From Eledone cirrhosa (taxonomy: Eukaryota): a stretch of DNA of 64,000 bases. Under the pieces are notes generated by a model. It saw only the letters and a list, made by a program, of their open reading frames with translations. It ran no database searches and was not told the DNA's origin. The DNA lies in assembly GCA_964016885.1 (NCBI GenBank), contig OZ024742.1, positions 23,188,001-23,252,000 of the forward strand, given 5' to 3'. A program made the translations under genes and the position numbers. This document shows positions 39,047 through 53,184 of the stretch, piece by piece (within the stretch, counting starts at the first letter, position 1; the number at the start of each line of letters is the position of its first letter).

Positions 39047-39872
39047 ATATATATATACATAAATGGCAATTTCTCTCTGTTTGTTTGTTTGTGAACCTAA
39101 AACTAAAAAAAACTACGAAACCGATCTTGATGAAACTTGACACGTGTGTGAGGCTCATGCCCATTTGATTTCGTACGTATATTTCATTTTAATCAAAGGG
39201 TTCCTCGGGGGCTCAAACCCCCGCTGAAAACCTCCGCTTAATTGTTTACCTTCGATTTATATGAAATTTAAACCATAGGTAAATGGCAGGATATGATGCC
39301 TATTCACATAATTTCAGCAAAGTTCAATAATATTAAGACACCCTAATGGGGGTTAAACCCACAACAGTGAAAATGTTGGCCAATAAATTGAACAAGATTT
39401 CACGAACTCCTCCTATGGTTTTGGAGATAGACCCCCGTAACCATATATATTCTGAAACTACATTGCCCAGTGTTCTTGGATAAGTATATTTAATTTTAAT
39501 CAAAGGGTTCCCCGGGGCACAATAGCCCCGCTGAAAATGTTTTTCCTTCAATTTATATGAAATTTAAACCATAGGTAAATGACGAGATATGATGCCTATT
39601 CACAAATTTCAGCAAATTTCAATAATATTGAGACACCCTAATAGGGGTTCTATTTTTTTCCTTATAGCAACACTCAACTTCTCTGACAAATATTTTTTCG
39701 CTTGACGAATGCAATCAATATTCGTTTGTATTATTGTTTCGTAAATGAATTTGTCTTCGCTTTTGATTATCTGTCCTATATTTTGATTTCGATTTTGGTC
39801 TGAGAAGCATTGGCCATTTTAATGGGAACTGGGAATATACCGGCTCCCGGGTATTAGCGGGTACCTCAGCTA

Positions 39873-39873
<1 letters not shown>
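39047..39873 (+). mobile_element. Non-autonomous Helitron-like element with an internal duplication
   Basis: TA-rich start, (GTTT)n, duplicated block (39180-39355 and 39488-39650), 3' hairpin cccg..cggg, CTAG|T end. Confidence 0.62.
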
Positions 39874-39919
<46 letters not shown>

Positions 39920-39985
39920 TTTATCCTGGGTTCAATCGGGTGTAACCACAGTAAGTAAGATACTCAATACATAGCAGAGTATAAA

Positions 39986-40123
39986 TATTTAATATAGAAA
40001 TGGCTTCTACAGGAATAGAACTGTATCATTCGGGACAAATCATCAGGAAGCCCAGAGATTCCCGATGATTTCTTCCGAATGAAACAGCTCTAGTCCTGCA
40101 GAGGGCATTTCTATATCAAATAT
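39986..40123. repeat. Head-to-head palindrome of two truncated HHR-like motifs (family E)
   Basis: Plus: CCGATGA tttcttccgaat GAAA cagctctag TC. Minus: CTGATGA tttgtcccgaat GATA cagttcta. Confidence 0.65.
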
Positions 40124-40880
40124 ATATATATATATAATACTAAAAGTCTGTGATTGCTTGCTTGCTTGTGTGTTATGTAATACAACCAAAAAGGCGCATA
40201 AAGGGACAATATTTTGAAAGGAATTTGACCCTGAAATGGGAGTAAATCGAAGTACGGGTTCCCGAGATATGGGGTTTTTCTGGGTACCTTCATAAATAGC
40301 CAAAACGGTGCATAATGGAAAAATGCTCCGAAAGTAAAATAACCCTGAAATGGGAATACAAACGGAAATCGGACATAGACAATATTTTCATCATTCAAAG
40401 AATATTTTTAAGTGAGTAGGATTTAAAAAATACATTAAAATAAATTTTTTCAGTAATTTGTCGGTGAAAATGATTTCAAAAATACAAGTTGTTTGTACTT
40501 TAAGTATCTATATTTCAGCTTTCATTAAACATACGATTAAACGGACGATAATTTAATTATTAAACAAAAGAATTAAGTGAATATGACTGAAAAATACGAG
40601 TTGTTTTTACAGTAAATGTTTAAATTTTTGCTTTTGTTAAACAGAATATTTTAATTATTTAGAATTAGTTTTAAGTGAATGTGATATCAAAAATACAAGT
40701 TGTTCTTACAGTAAGTATTTTAATTTAAAAAAAAATAATTTTCAAGTGAATACGATTAAAAAAAATTCTTGAGTGAGAATGACCTTCCAATTTCATTTTA
40801 CGTTATATGTCCGTTTATATTTTAATTATTTAACAATTATTTTTAAGGGAACGTGACACAACGAGTCACCGGTGGTCTAG
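40124..40880 (+). mobile_element. Non-autonomous Helitron-like element
   Basis: TA-rich start, (TTGC)n, internal sub-repeats, 3' hairpin gtgac-acaacga-gtcac, CTAG|T end. Confidence 0.62.
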
Positions 40881-41040
40881 TATATATAAAAAGAAATGTA
40901 ACATCTCGAGAGTAGACCACTCTCAAAAAGGTACTCAAAACGTTATTTCTATACTTTTTCCTGATGTTTTGTTACAAATGAACCAGATCTAGTCCTGTAA
41001 TAAAATGAATACATATATATATATATATATATATACGCAC

Positions 41041-41155
<115 letters not shown>

Positions 41156-41589
41156 ATGTCAGTAGATAATGACAAATCTCTTTGCCTCAAGCAGGATTTA
41201 TATGATCAACGACAGTGGGAATGAAATTTCTGTAGTCTCAAAGCTTTACGATAACAAATGAGATTTCCACGGAAAAGATATGTGTACGCCATTTAAGAAA
41301 ACCACATCATAAACATCTGGTTTACTCTTCCTGGCAATAAATTACTTCAACACTTAACACTTACTGTCTCTCTACTGTTTAATACTATGAAAATATTGCT
41401 TATATATTTATAATGTTGCGGTAGATAGACAAGTATACAACATGGTATTAACGATCTGCTTGCTGGTCGGGAAAGTGTCTCACCTCAATTACATAATTCC
41501 ATTGAATTGGAATGGTTTTACATCAGTTTCGACAAGTCTTCCAGTGTTTAGATTCACGGAACAGTCTGATCGGGAATTTAACATATAAG

Positions 41590-41888
41590 CAGTTCCGGAT
41601 TTAATGTAGGGAAAAGGGGGCAATTGCCCCGGGTTCCCTGAAGTGGGGTCCCACCAGCGACAGCCCTAGCAATTTATATCTACCCTCAGCTGGGCTTTTT
41701 AGTTGTAGGATTATTAGAATTTTTGAATTTAATATCTGTATGTATAGCTCTTCATTTCCAATAACTTACACCAAACTAAATTTGATATGTAAAATTAGGG
41801 AGGGAAATAATATTGTATATTCTGTTTATGTATGAGGGCCCCCAAAAAACTGAAGTGCCCCGGGGCCCCCAGGGTCTAAATCAGTTTT
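41590..41888. mobile_element. Degenerate hAT-like MITE
   Basis: cagttccggattta ... taaatcagtt ends, with subterminal tgccccggg motifs. Confidence 0.45.
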
Positions 41889-43819
41889 ATCTGAAATTCG
41901 AAGGGCCAGCCTTGTCACATTCGGCGTTACGCTGAATCTCCCTAAGAACTAAGTGTATTTGTGGTACATTTGTTTGTGGAATGCTCATCCACTTACACGT
42001 TAATTCCACAAGCAAGCAGTTCCGTTGACGTATCAATTGGAACACTTGTCGTCGTAACCGACGGAGTGCCGCTCTCATCTAATTAATGTATTCATAATTT
42101 ACATTTCAGAGAACTTAGTATCGTCTACTTTAGTACATTTAAACTCCTTTGTGTTGTTATGTGTGTGTGCGTGTGTGTGTGTGGGGGGGGGGGGGGATAT
42201 ACCTGACATCTGCCGTGTAACCATTGAAATTACTCAGATGGTGTAGGGTCATGTCTGCAGCACTGTGTGCATTTCTACTGCATGTGTAATTCATATACTG
42301 CAGAGACGTATGTGTCTTTGGTGCAGATATTTGTAAAACTATGGTGATTCAATATATTAATGGTGTATTATCTGTATTATCGCAAATATACAGAAAAACA
42401 AAATAACAAAACTCAAAACATGTTTGAAATGATGCTAGCATAATATGGTCTACTGATGAAATACTGTAATAAATGTTTACGGTGAGTGTAATGCAATATT
42501 GTAGCTGGATGTTGTCAATCCAATAACTCAGAAACTCAATCAGTCTATTATTCGTTGTAACTATTAAATAGTTTTGTGACTCAAAGTCTTTCAATGTGCG
42601 GAGATAACTGCTATGGGTTTCATTTGTGGTACGTTAGAATTACCTCTCTAAATAAAGGGATATATATTTGCAATGTATTGAAAAATATTGGTGAAAATCT
42701 GAAACTAGTTATATCATCCTCATCATCATCTGTTAACCACCGATCTTGTTACTAGCAAGGGTGAGACGGAAACACGTAGACCCAGTCAGTACTGAAGTGC
42801 GGCTACTGATCTCCCAGTTAGGCCGAGAGGTCTACATTTTGCTTATGCATGGCCATACGTTCGATCGAGTGCGGAGAGTAAGTTGTCGAGTCTTTTGACA
42901 CAAATTGAAGTGTCCTCCTTACCCGCTGTCTGTCAAGCTTTCTACGGTTGGATACCTTTCCTAACACCAACCATCTTTCAGCGAGTATTGAGTTCGTTTA
43001 TGTAGATCACCAGTACCAGGGTGGTTGTCATTTCCTTGACGCTTCTAATGTGACCTCTCAACCCCTCGTTTGACAAGCTTCCCTACACCAACGACTTCAC
43101 AGCGTGTACTAGGTGCTTTTACCACTTAAGGGTCTTCTAAACCATTTGTTCGATAAGCTTTCTGATATATGAAGTACAATTGAATTGTTCGTGTATACCA
43201 AAAGACTTCAAGACCATTCAAGGCCAAAACACTTACATGGCGGGGGGAGTTCTCTGAAGACATTCAGCCGTCCATCACTCCGGAGAGATTCTTACCACAC
43301 TAAGTTAAATGTTCCTGTTAATTCTGAGACTACACGATATATATATAAAGCCAGAAAACAGTTTAAGGAAACTTAAAATCTTGTGTACTCACTTTATGAG
43401 CAGGTGGCTTCATGAAAGTAAGTTTTACGAGAAAAGTAGTTTATGTGAGACGTACGTCTCTTTACAACATACACATCGCTGAAATTCTAATGTATGTAAA
43501 CTAAATTAAATTTTATATATATATTTATAAAGTTATAAGGTAAAATTTAAGACGACACCAATATTTGTTTACCAATGTACAAAGTTTAATATACATGTGT
43601 CTATCGCTGTGTAAGCGCTACCATGACTACTGGAGGTATGTTCAGTTGTGTTAACGAAATCACACGATTTATACTTGCATGTGTTTTACTAGAAAGAAGT
43701 AATAATTACAGGATTTCGGAGAGTTCAGCTGAAAGACTGCACTGTTGCATGATAAAAACTGGCTGGACACAGCTGGAAATATTCATAACACTCTCTCGGC
43801 AAACTAGTCAATAGGCACT

Positions 43820-44020
43820 AACTTAATACAACTACTAAAACTACAACAACAACTACTACTACTACTACTATCACCACCACCATTATCACTACTACTACTA
43901 CTACCAACATTACTACTACACCTACCACCTCCATTACTACTACTACTACTACTACTACCACCGACATTACTACTACTACTACTACTACTACTACTACCTC
44001 CATACTACTACTACTACTAA
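43820..44020. repeat. (CTA/CCA)n repeat
   Basis: Directly visible. Confidence 0.9.
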
Positions 44021-45202
44021 CAGTATTATTACCTCATGTGATACAACAAAGCTATTTTATATATTAATACATCTGTCCGTTCTTTTATTTAAGTATTCTT
44101 ATATTTATTATTTTCTGTATTTTTTTCCAGTTTATCAAACATCAGGAAGTTTCATGACTATAGCCGAAACCTAGAGAAGCCGGCTGTGTTGATTCCCATT
44201 AGAGTCCCCGGCTGGATGAAATTGTCACAGCAAATGTCTGATTACGTTTTATTCACACATAAAACAATCGACACTCGATCGACTTTCACAAATCGGCACC
44301 GAGGAAATAATGTTTCCGTTGGTCTTTCCAATTGTTAATACTATCTATCGGTCTCAACTCCAGGTAGAAGGAGAAGCGTGAAATAAAGTGTCTTGCTCAA
44401 GGACATAACGCATCGCGCCGTCCGTGTTTCGAACTCACAACATCACGATTGCGAATCAAATTCTCTAACCATTCAGCCACGCTCCTCAAACAAAAAAAGA
44501 TTTAGTCCGAATATTGGCGTTATTGTTACTTCTAATTGGAATCTAATCAGATTTATCATAAACAAAAATTACTGTTAACAATTGAATGAAATTAAATACA
44601 GTTATACCGTATATAGGTAGGGGAAAATATAAAAAAAAAGACCGACAAAGAATGTTTGTGCTAGATTTGAAGTTTAATGTTGCTTTTTACCTTTTCTACA
44701 AAATCGTATATTTGACAGTATGAGGTATGAGGCATAATCAATGGAATAAAGTTCCCTATATTACTAAAGGTTTTCTATATCAGCAGATATTTCCCCCTGC
44801 GGCCTCCGAGGGTGATCTGCAGATCTTGGATTGGTTATATCACATGGTATTAAAAAAAATGGCCAGAGTTGAACTGATCATTCTGAACTGATGTAATCCA
44901 TTTTCATGGCTCAAACACATGGCTCAAATGACAAAATAATCTTTCTATTAACAAATAACATTTTATTATAGAAAGGGCAGATAAATCATAATTATATTTC
45001 CTACACACCTGATTATAGGGTAACACAAGGCAGGCATACCTGGTAATTAGTAGAATATATCACGTGGTAATTGGTAGAACTCATCAACTAGTAAATTGGT
45101 AAAACTGATAATTTACTAATTGACAGAGCGGGTCATGCTGACATAAAGTGTTCTAAAGGTACCTTTTATTTGAAAGGTGAGAAAAATACAAAGAAACAAA
45201 CG

Positions 45203-46145
45203 TCGATGATGATATTAGTGGTGATGTTGATGATGATGATGATGATGATGACGATGATGGTGGTGGTGGTAATGATGTTGATAATGAGGATGTTGTTGGT
45301 GGTGGTGGTAATACTGTCGTTGATGATGATGCTGGTGGTGGTGGTGGTAATGTTGATGATGATGTTGATGATGATGATGGTGGTGGTGGTGGTGATGGTG
45401 ATGGTGTTAATGAAGATGATGATTATGTTGTTGGTGGTGTTAATGATGATGATGATTATGTTGTTGGTGGTGGAAACAATAACCAAATAATGATCACCTC
45501 AAACTTTAATAAGTGCGCTACACTAGCAGAAAAGAGAAAAAAAACATTCAGGTAGAATGAAGTGTAAAGAAATTCCAAACCATCGCAAAAACTGAGGGAA
45601 AGAAGAAGAAGAAGAAGAAGAAGAAGAAGAAGAAGAAGAAGAAGAAGAAGAAGAAGAAGAAGAAGAAGAAGAGAAAAATAGAAGTAGAAAAAGAAGAAGA
45701 AGAAGAAGAAGAAGAAGAAGAAGAAGAAGAAGAAGAAGAAGAAGAAGAAGAAGAAGAAGAAGAAGAAAAAAAATGAGAAGAGCAAGAAGAACAAAAAGAT
45801 CAAATCAACACAACTACCACGACCACCACCACCACCACTACCATCACTACCAGCCCCATCCCCACTACCACTACCACCACCACCACCACTACTACTACCA
45901 TTACCACTACCACCACTACCACCACTACCACCACCACTACAACCACCGCCACCACCACTACCACCGCCAGCACCACCACCACCACCACCACCACTACCAT
46001 CAATACCCCTTCATCCACTCTACCACTACCACCGACATTACCACTACCACCACTACCACCACTACCCCCCCCCCCCACTACCACTACCGCTACCACCACC
46101 ACCACCAACAACAACACCACCATTACCAAGACCACCACCAACACC
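45203..46145. repeat. Trinucleotide cluster: (GAT/GGT)n, (GAA)n, (CCA/CTA)n
   Basis: Directly visible. Confidence 0.9.
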
Positions 46146-46279
46146 AGACATTGCTACAGAACATAATGTATTGGTAAAGTTTGTGAAATAATCCGGGTCA
46201 ACCAACCGGAAATGAGAGAGTACCAATAGTTTGTAGTTAGTTAAAGATGGCAATTAAGAGCAGGAATGTGTTGAGAATG

Positions 46280-46598
46280 CACTCCGTCTCTGGCGACGAT
46301 GAATATTCCAGTTGATGCAATCAACGGAATAGCTTGCTCGTGAAATTAACATGCAATTGGCTGAGCATTCCACAGACACGTGTATCTTTAATCTAGTTCT
46401 CAGGGAGATGAGATTCAGGCTGACAGAATATGAGAAAGCTGGTCCTTCGAATTACATATAAAACTCATTTTGCCAGCTGTGTGGAATGGAGCAACGTGAA
46501 AATAAAGTGTCTTGCTCAAGGACACAGCACGCCGCCGAGAATCGAACTCACAACCTTATGATCACGAGCTCGAATACCCTAACCAGAAGGTTACGCCC
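46280..46598 (-). mobile_element. SINE family 2, near full length
   Basis: Contains the reverse complements of both the head seen at 27861 and the tail seen at 41893-42070. Confidence 0.8.
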
Positions 46599-46727
46599 AA
46601 TCACAGCTGGATTGTGTTAGAGCAGTCCAATTGTGAATAATTGATGGTAGAACTGGTACTCCTGAAAGAACAATACGGAGAGAGTATGGAAGACAGAAAG
46701 GAACACAAAGATTATGGAATTCACACA

Positions 46728-47092
46728 AGGAGAAAGCAGAGAGAAGTCACACTCAGAGAAGGGCAGAGATAGGGAAGACTGGAGAGAAGGAGAAAGTAGA
46801 GCTAAGTCACAGAGAAGACTGGAGAGAGAGAAGACTGGAGAGAAGGAGAGATTAGAGAGAAGTCACATAGAGAGAGGAGAGAAAGGAAAGACTAGAGAGA
46901 AGGAGAAAGTAGAGAGAAGACACTGAGAAAGGGAGAGAGAGAAGACTGGAGAGAAGGAGGCAATAGAGAGAAGACACGGAGAAGGGGAGAGAGAGGAAAT
47001 ACTGGAGAGGAGGAGAAAGTAGAGAGAAGAGAAAAGACACACACAGAAGGTGGAAGAGAGAGGAAAGACTGGAGAGAAGGAGAAAGAGGATA
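46728..47092. repeat. Purine-rich minisatellite (gactggagagaaggagaaagtagagagaag variants)
   Basis: Directly visible. Confidence 0.8.
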
Positions 47093-47193
47093 GACTATAC
47101 GCAAAGAAAGAAAGGGTCATTTCAGATTAAAAGATGTGATAATTAATAAGGGTAATGTTTACGAAGTTTATATAGCTATCATTATATCACATA

Positions 47194-47382
47194 AGGGCGG
47201 TGAATTGGCAGTATCGGTAGAGGGTTTGACGCCATGCTTTCTAGCATAGTTACGTCCCTTTACAGTCTGAGTTCAAATCCCGCCGAGGTTAACTTTGCCT
47301 TTCATCCTTACGGGGTCGATAAAATAAAGTACCAGTAATGTACTGGGTAATTGCTAGCCTTGTGCCTAAAGTAGAAACAATT
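47194..47382 (+). mobile_element. SINE family 1, full length
   Basis: gggcggtgaattggcagtatcggtagag...gtagaaacaat. Confidence 0.88.
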
Positions 47383-47760
47383 ATATCACAGGTTCGATAC
47401 TACGGCATGGCATCATAGTCAAATTTGAATTATTATAGCGGCGTGTCGACCTATAGTCAGGTCAGGCTTCCGCATACTACTGCCACCACGTAAGCCAGTA
47501 CAACCTGCTTCAAGGTCGAGTGGTCGGTGAATAAATCGTCTCACCTACCAGATGCTGGTCAAGTCAGGTCCGTTTTCGGCTTGTTACTGGCACCATGTAA
47601 TCCAATAAACCTGCCGCAGTTTCGAATGGTCGGTGATTAAACCGGCCCCCACACAGGATCCTCGTCTGGCGAGGTAAGTATGTGGAACCCTAGCAGGACA
47701 AAATATAAGATCTGTAAAAAAGGGAGGATGAACTCCTCAGAATAAACTGTCATCCACCCC

Positions 47761-47830
<70 letters not shown>

Positions 47831-47939
47831 AAGATTAGTATCGTTCGTTGATTACTCAAGGAATACAATATTACAATAGATTAGAAGCACTCAACAGTAG
47901 ATTTTCCTGGAATTTTTAATATTATTCAAAATGTTAACA

Positions 47940-48243
47940 CATGAATAATATTCTCATAATCAAAATATATATTTTATTATACATAGTCTAAGGTACTATA
48001 GTGTTTATGTACGTTTTCATCAGACAAAATATATGATTTGATATGTGACATACCGCTACGGTTTTGATTAATCAATTCCAGTATTGGTACTACCATTACA
48101 GGAATTGAATAATCAAAACCGTAGCGGTATATCACATATATAATCTTATATTTTGTCTGATGAAAACATACTTAAACACCAAAGTACGTTTGAAATATGT
48201 ATAATACAATATATATTTTGAATATGAGAATATTTTTCATTTA
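47940..48243. repeat. ~150 bp-arm palindrome of two HHR-bearing copies (family D)
   Basis: Centre near 48090. ccgctacggttttgatt pairs with aatcaaaaccgtagcgg. Confidence 0.85.
48149..48211 (+). ncRNA. Type I hammerhead ribozyme (family D)
   Basis: tattttgt CTGATGA aaacatactt-aaacacca-aagtacgttt GAAA tatgta TA atacaata. Confidence 0.72.
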
Positions 48244-48982
48244 TTAATATTTTTTTGAGTAATATATATATATATATATATGTGTAGATAAATCTACCAA
48301 AATATACGGTAGTGTCCAATCCGTATGAAGAACTCAATGTAATCCAAATATCATGAAAAGAGAAGATGTATTCCAAATGTTTTCGATGAAAAATACAGGA
48401 AAACAGAGTCAAGATAAATTAATAAAAACAATCAATAAAAACAAAGAAACAGTTCCTTATATTAAAAAATTCATCATTTTACGATCGTTTCTAGGATATA
48501 TAAGTGTGTGTTGGTATGTATATCATATAGATCTATGTAAAAGTTTTACAAACTATCAGATGGAATATACATACCTACACATATATATGCTGTCTTCAGA
48601 AATAATGATATTTGTTTATTGAAAAAAACCAACAAAGATTTAATATAATAGGTCTGTTTGGGAACAGGTTTTGAATTGACCAATAGAAAAGTAGTAAGTG
48701 TTCAAGTTGATAGAATAGTAGTAGTAGAAATTTAATTTAGGGGTAGAGAAATGCAGACATCAGTTTTGAATGGTAAGAGTATTTTGAATGAAAAGATTAC
48801 TTTGGAGATGAAAATAGGTCAAACCGGTGAACGATACACGAACATTTGATATTATTAAAGAATAATGGTAATGTTAAAATCTAAGGAGAATAACATTTTA
48901 CTATAAATGTGTTAGTGAAAAATATCAATCTTATTTAAAACATAAGGAATATAGATCTATTAAAAATAATTTTATTTAATAT

Positions 48983-49057
<75 letters not shown>

Positions 49058-49066
49058 GTTGATTTA

Positions 49067-49345
49067 ACATATATATATATAATATGATATGTTGATTTAA
49101 CACTTCACTGCTCGCAAGTGTTTTTTAAGCTTCATATCATGTCTCCCTATGTTATCTGATGAGAACACAAATATCATCCCATGATGATATTTGGTTTTGA
49201 AATGCGCATAATAAAATACATGGAACTCTTTTAACCATGTTTTGATTTTATATTATTTATACTCCAGTCCTATAAACTGTTGAGTGCTACTTATCCGATA
49301 TTTGCATTGCTTTATTGTCCTACAATAAACCTCACCCCCTACATG
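49067..49345 (+). mobile_element. Solo pseudo-LTR of the 11.7-14.9 kb PLE, with HHR (49148-49218), within (TA)n
   Basis: Matches 14700-14863 and the reverse complement of 11669-11925. CTGATGA at 49156, GAAA tgcgca TA at 49199. Confidence 0.85.
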
Positions 49346-49347
49346 AA

Positions 49348-49411
<64 letters not shown>

Positions 49412-49739
49412 ATGTATTTACCGCCTTCACCTTCCTTCTCATACCAATATTAGGTTTTGTGTTACTAAAATGAAATTATTATTCTATAATTCATTAGTTT
49501 TCTACCTGTATCCGATTAATGTATATACACCACCATACTTACATATCACATGTGTATGTTTAAAATCGATTTCATTGTGATGTATCTGTTTCCATAGCAA
49601 CGATGCTCCATTTAACATTATATTATTACTTTTTACCCTGCCCTTTCATGTAATCTTTGAATCTTTGAGCTCCTCGTTTATATCATACAATAGCTTTTAC
49701 TGAGGAGTTCAACTGATTGAATAACAAAACACTGTACCA

Positions 49740-50110
49740 CACACACACACACATTCTCATAGATCCTTACACGTGTGTACTTGCATTTCAGTGTGTGACT
49801 CTGTGTGTGTGCCTGTCTGTGTGTGTGCGCGCGCGTAATTGTGTATGTGTGTGTGTGTATGTCTGTGTGCGTGTGTGTGTGTGTGGGGGGGGTGTCTGTG
49901 TGCGTGTGTGTGTGTATTTCCATAATACATTGTAGCACAAACACACATTCTCATAGATCCGTACACGTGTGTGTGTGCCTGTGTGTGTGTGTGTACGTGT
50001 GCGTGTGTGTGTGTGTGCGTGTGTGTGTATGCGTGTGTGTGTGTGTGTGTATTTCCATAATACATTGTAGTACAAACACACATTCTCATAGATCCGTACA
50101 CGTGTGTGTG
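49740..50110. repeat. ~50 bp unit x3 separated by (TG)n
   Basis: cacacattctcatagatcc.tacacgtg near 49748, 49942 and 50077. Confidence 0.8.
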
Positions 50111-50762
50111 TATATGTGTGTGTGTGTGCGTGTGAGTGTGTGTGTAGGTGTGTGTGTGTGTGTGTCTTTGTGTGTGTGTATGTGTGTGTGTGTCTTTGTG
50201 TGTATGTATGTGTGTGTGTGTGTGTGTTTGTCTTTGTGTCTGTGTGCGTCTGTATGTGTGTGTATGTATGTACGTTTGTGCATGTTTGTGTGTGTGTATG
50301 TTTGTGAATGTGTGTGTGTGTGTATGTCTATATGAGGTTAGTACCATATAGCATATACATTTTATACGTGTGTGTACGTGTGTCAGTGTGAGTGTATGTG
50401 TGTGTATGTGTGTGAGTGTGTGAGTGTGTGTGTGTGTGTGTATGTGTGTGTGTGGAGAGAGAGAGAGAGAGAGAGAGAGGGAGAAACTATTGAAATAATT
50501 AATCCATCTTAGTTCTAATTTAACTAACGATACAGAATCCATTTCCATACGCCGGACAGAAAGTTCTGGTAAATATATTAATATCCGACATACACAAACT
50601 GCTGCCAACGTATTACTGGGTGTTATTCTGCAGATTTTCGGGAGACGCACTGTAATGTTAAACTCTCCAATACTTTTAGAGAATATTTAAAACTATTTAA
50701 GTAAATACCGTAGTGACATTTAATCTGACAATTTACACATTCACACAGACATAAACGCCTGC

Positions 50763-50794
<32 letters not shown>

Positions 50795-50797
<3 letters not shown>

Positions 50798-51684
50798 GCT
50801 AGATTTAACACCTTTCTAGCGGGTCCGGGTATGATTTTACATTCATTTAAATTATTAATTTTTTGATATTCTTTATCTGGGTGTCCCCGAATCTTCCGTT
50901 ATCGATTTTTTCGATCGTGCGGTTGATTATAGACTTGTTCTATGTGTGACGGTATTTTAACGATAGTTATAGCTCTGATTTATCTAAATCAGCGAGCACT
51001 CTGCCGCTCATATCGAATTTTGTTTATCGTGAACTCGTGCGCCGATTTTTCGATACTCGATCATTCTAATATATTTAGCTCTGGACATAGCTATCCACCA
51101 GTTAATTTTATTGCTCATTTTTTGTCTATTCTATTGAGTGATGAATAGCTCCTGTTTTATTTTAACATGTCTATTGAGCACTTTTATTCGATATGTGTAT
51201 TTCCACATTTTCTCGAATAGTTTTCGCGGATGTAGAGGTTATCTCCCTTGCCGAATTCCATGTGCGTATTTAGCCTGGGTTAAGCCATCTTATCCGTTCG
51301 GACGAAGCTCGTTGAAGAAGTAAATTTCCTGTCCCCTGAATTCTAGAAGTCTTATATATTTATATGTGAGCTGTTAGAGTACAGTTTAAGGATTTACAGA
51401 AGCCCAAGAAGCTATATTTAACACCTTTCTAGTGGGTCCAGGTATGATTTTACATTCATTTAAATTATTAATTTATTGATATTCTTTATCTGAGTGTCCC
51501 CGAATCTTCCGTTATCGATTTTTTCGATCGTGCGGTTGATTATAGACTTGTTCTATGTGTGACGGTATTTTAACGATAGTTATAGCTCTGATTTATCTAA
51601 ATCAGCGAGCACTCTGCCGCTCATATCGAATTTTGTTTATCGTGAACTCGTGCGCCGATTTTTCGATACTCGATCATTCTAATA
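50795..51684. mobile_element. 613 bp-period partial tandem (~280 bp direct repeats) flanked by (TA)n
   Basis: gaagcta.atttaacacctttctag at 50795 and 51408. Both repeats end cgatcattctaatatat. Confidence 0.8.
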
Positions 51685-51807
51685 TATATATATATATATA
51701 TAAACGGAAAAGATGAAACGAAATTTCATTTCCGACTCTTAGTACAGGTGTTACTTAAATATAAGTATGTACACGTACATGCATAAATGTATACAAACGT
51801 ACAGCAG

Positions 51808-51885
<78 letters not shown>

Positions 51886-52026
51886 CATGCACACATATAT
51901 ATATATGCACGTATGGATTCACCGAACATTTATTATAATGCTTGGTGTGTTTGTAAACAAACATACCGTATTAAGCCGTAGTGTCTAGCAACCATGGTTG
52001 CTCGTTTGTTCAACACTAGCAAAGGA

Positions 52027-52069
52027 ACGCTGTACTAGTTTCAAGCTTATTAGCTATCGTCAGCAACGT
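52027..52069 (-). ncRNA. Type I hammerhead ribozyme (family A), intact
   Basis: Plus strand reads acgctgtactagtttcaagcttattagctatcgtcagcaacgt. Confidence 0.88.
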
Positions 52070-52450
52070 ATACATTCCTGCCAGATTGTTGAACCTATAT
52101 ACTTACCTTATGGATATTAACGGCTGAGTAGCCCATTTTGCATATTGAGTGGGTTAATCGACCGGGTGCACCGAAAACGATAAACGGAAAAAATGAAACG
52201 AAATTTCATTTCCCTCTCTTAGTACGGCTGTTACTTAAATATAAGTATGTACACGTACATACATATCTGTATACAGACGTACAGTAGTATTTATATATAT
52301 ATATATACATACATGCACACATATATATATGTACGTATGGATTCACCGAATATTTATTATAATGCTCGGTGTGTTTGTAAACAAACATCCCGTATTAAGC
52401 CGTAGTGTCTAGCAACCATGGTTGCTCGTTTGTTCAACACTGACAAAGGA

Positions 52451-52493
52451 ACGCTGTACTAGTTTCAAGCTTATTAGCTATCGTCAGCAACGT
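52451..52493 (-). ncRNA. Type I hammerhead ribozyme (family A), intact
   Basis: Identical 43-mer to 52027-52069 and 6981-7023. Confidence 0.88.
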
Positions 52494-52711
52494 ATACCTT
52501 TCTGCCAGATGGTTGAACGTATATACTTACCTGATGCATATTAACGGCTGAGTAGCCCAATTTGCATATTGAGTGAGTTAATCGGCCGGGTGCACCGAAA
52601 ACGATAAACGGAAAAAATGAAACGAAATTTCATTTCCCATTCTTAGTACGGCTGTTAATTAAATATAAGTATGTACACGTACATACATATATGTATACCG
52701 ACGTACAGTAG

Positions 52712-52759
<48 letters not shown>

Positions 52760-52921
52760 CATGCACACATATATATATATGTACATATGGATTCACCGAG
52801 CATTATAATAAATGTTCGGTGAATCCATACGTACATATATATATGTGTGCATGTATGTATATATATATATATACATACTACTGTACGTCTGTATACATAT
52901 ACGTATGTACGTGTACATACT

Positions 52922-53168
<247 letters not shown>

Positions 53169-53184
53169 GTAGATAGCGGTTGGA

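Noticed and set aside
47640-47700. Possible HDV-like ribozyme (gga-tcctcg-tct) in a GC-rich repeat
   Set aside because: Could not assign P1, P1.1 or P2 pairings.
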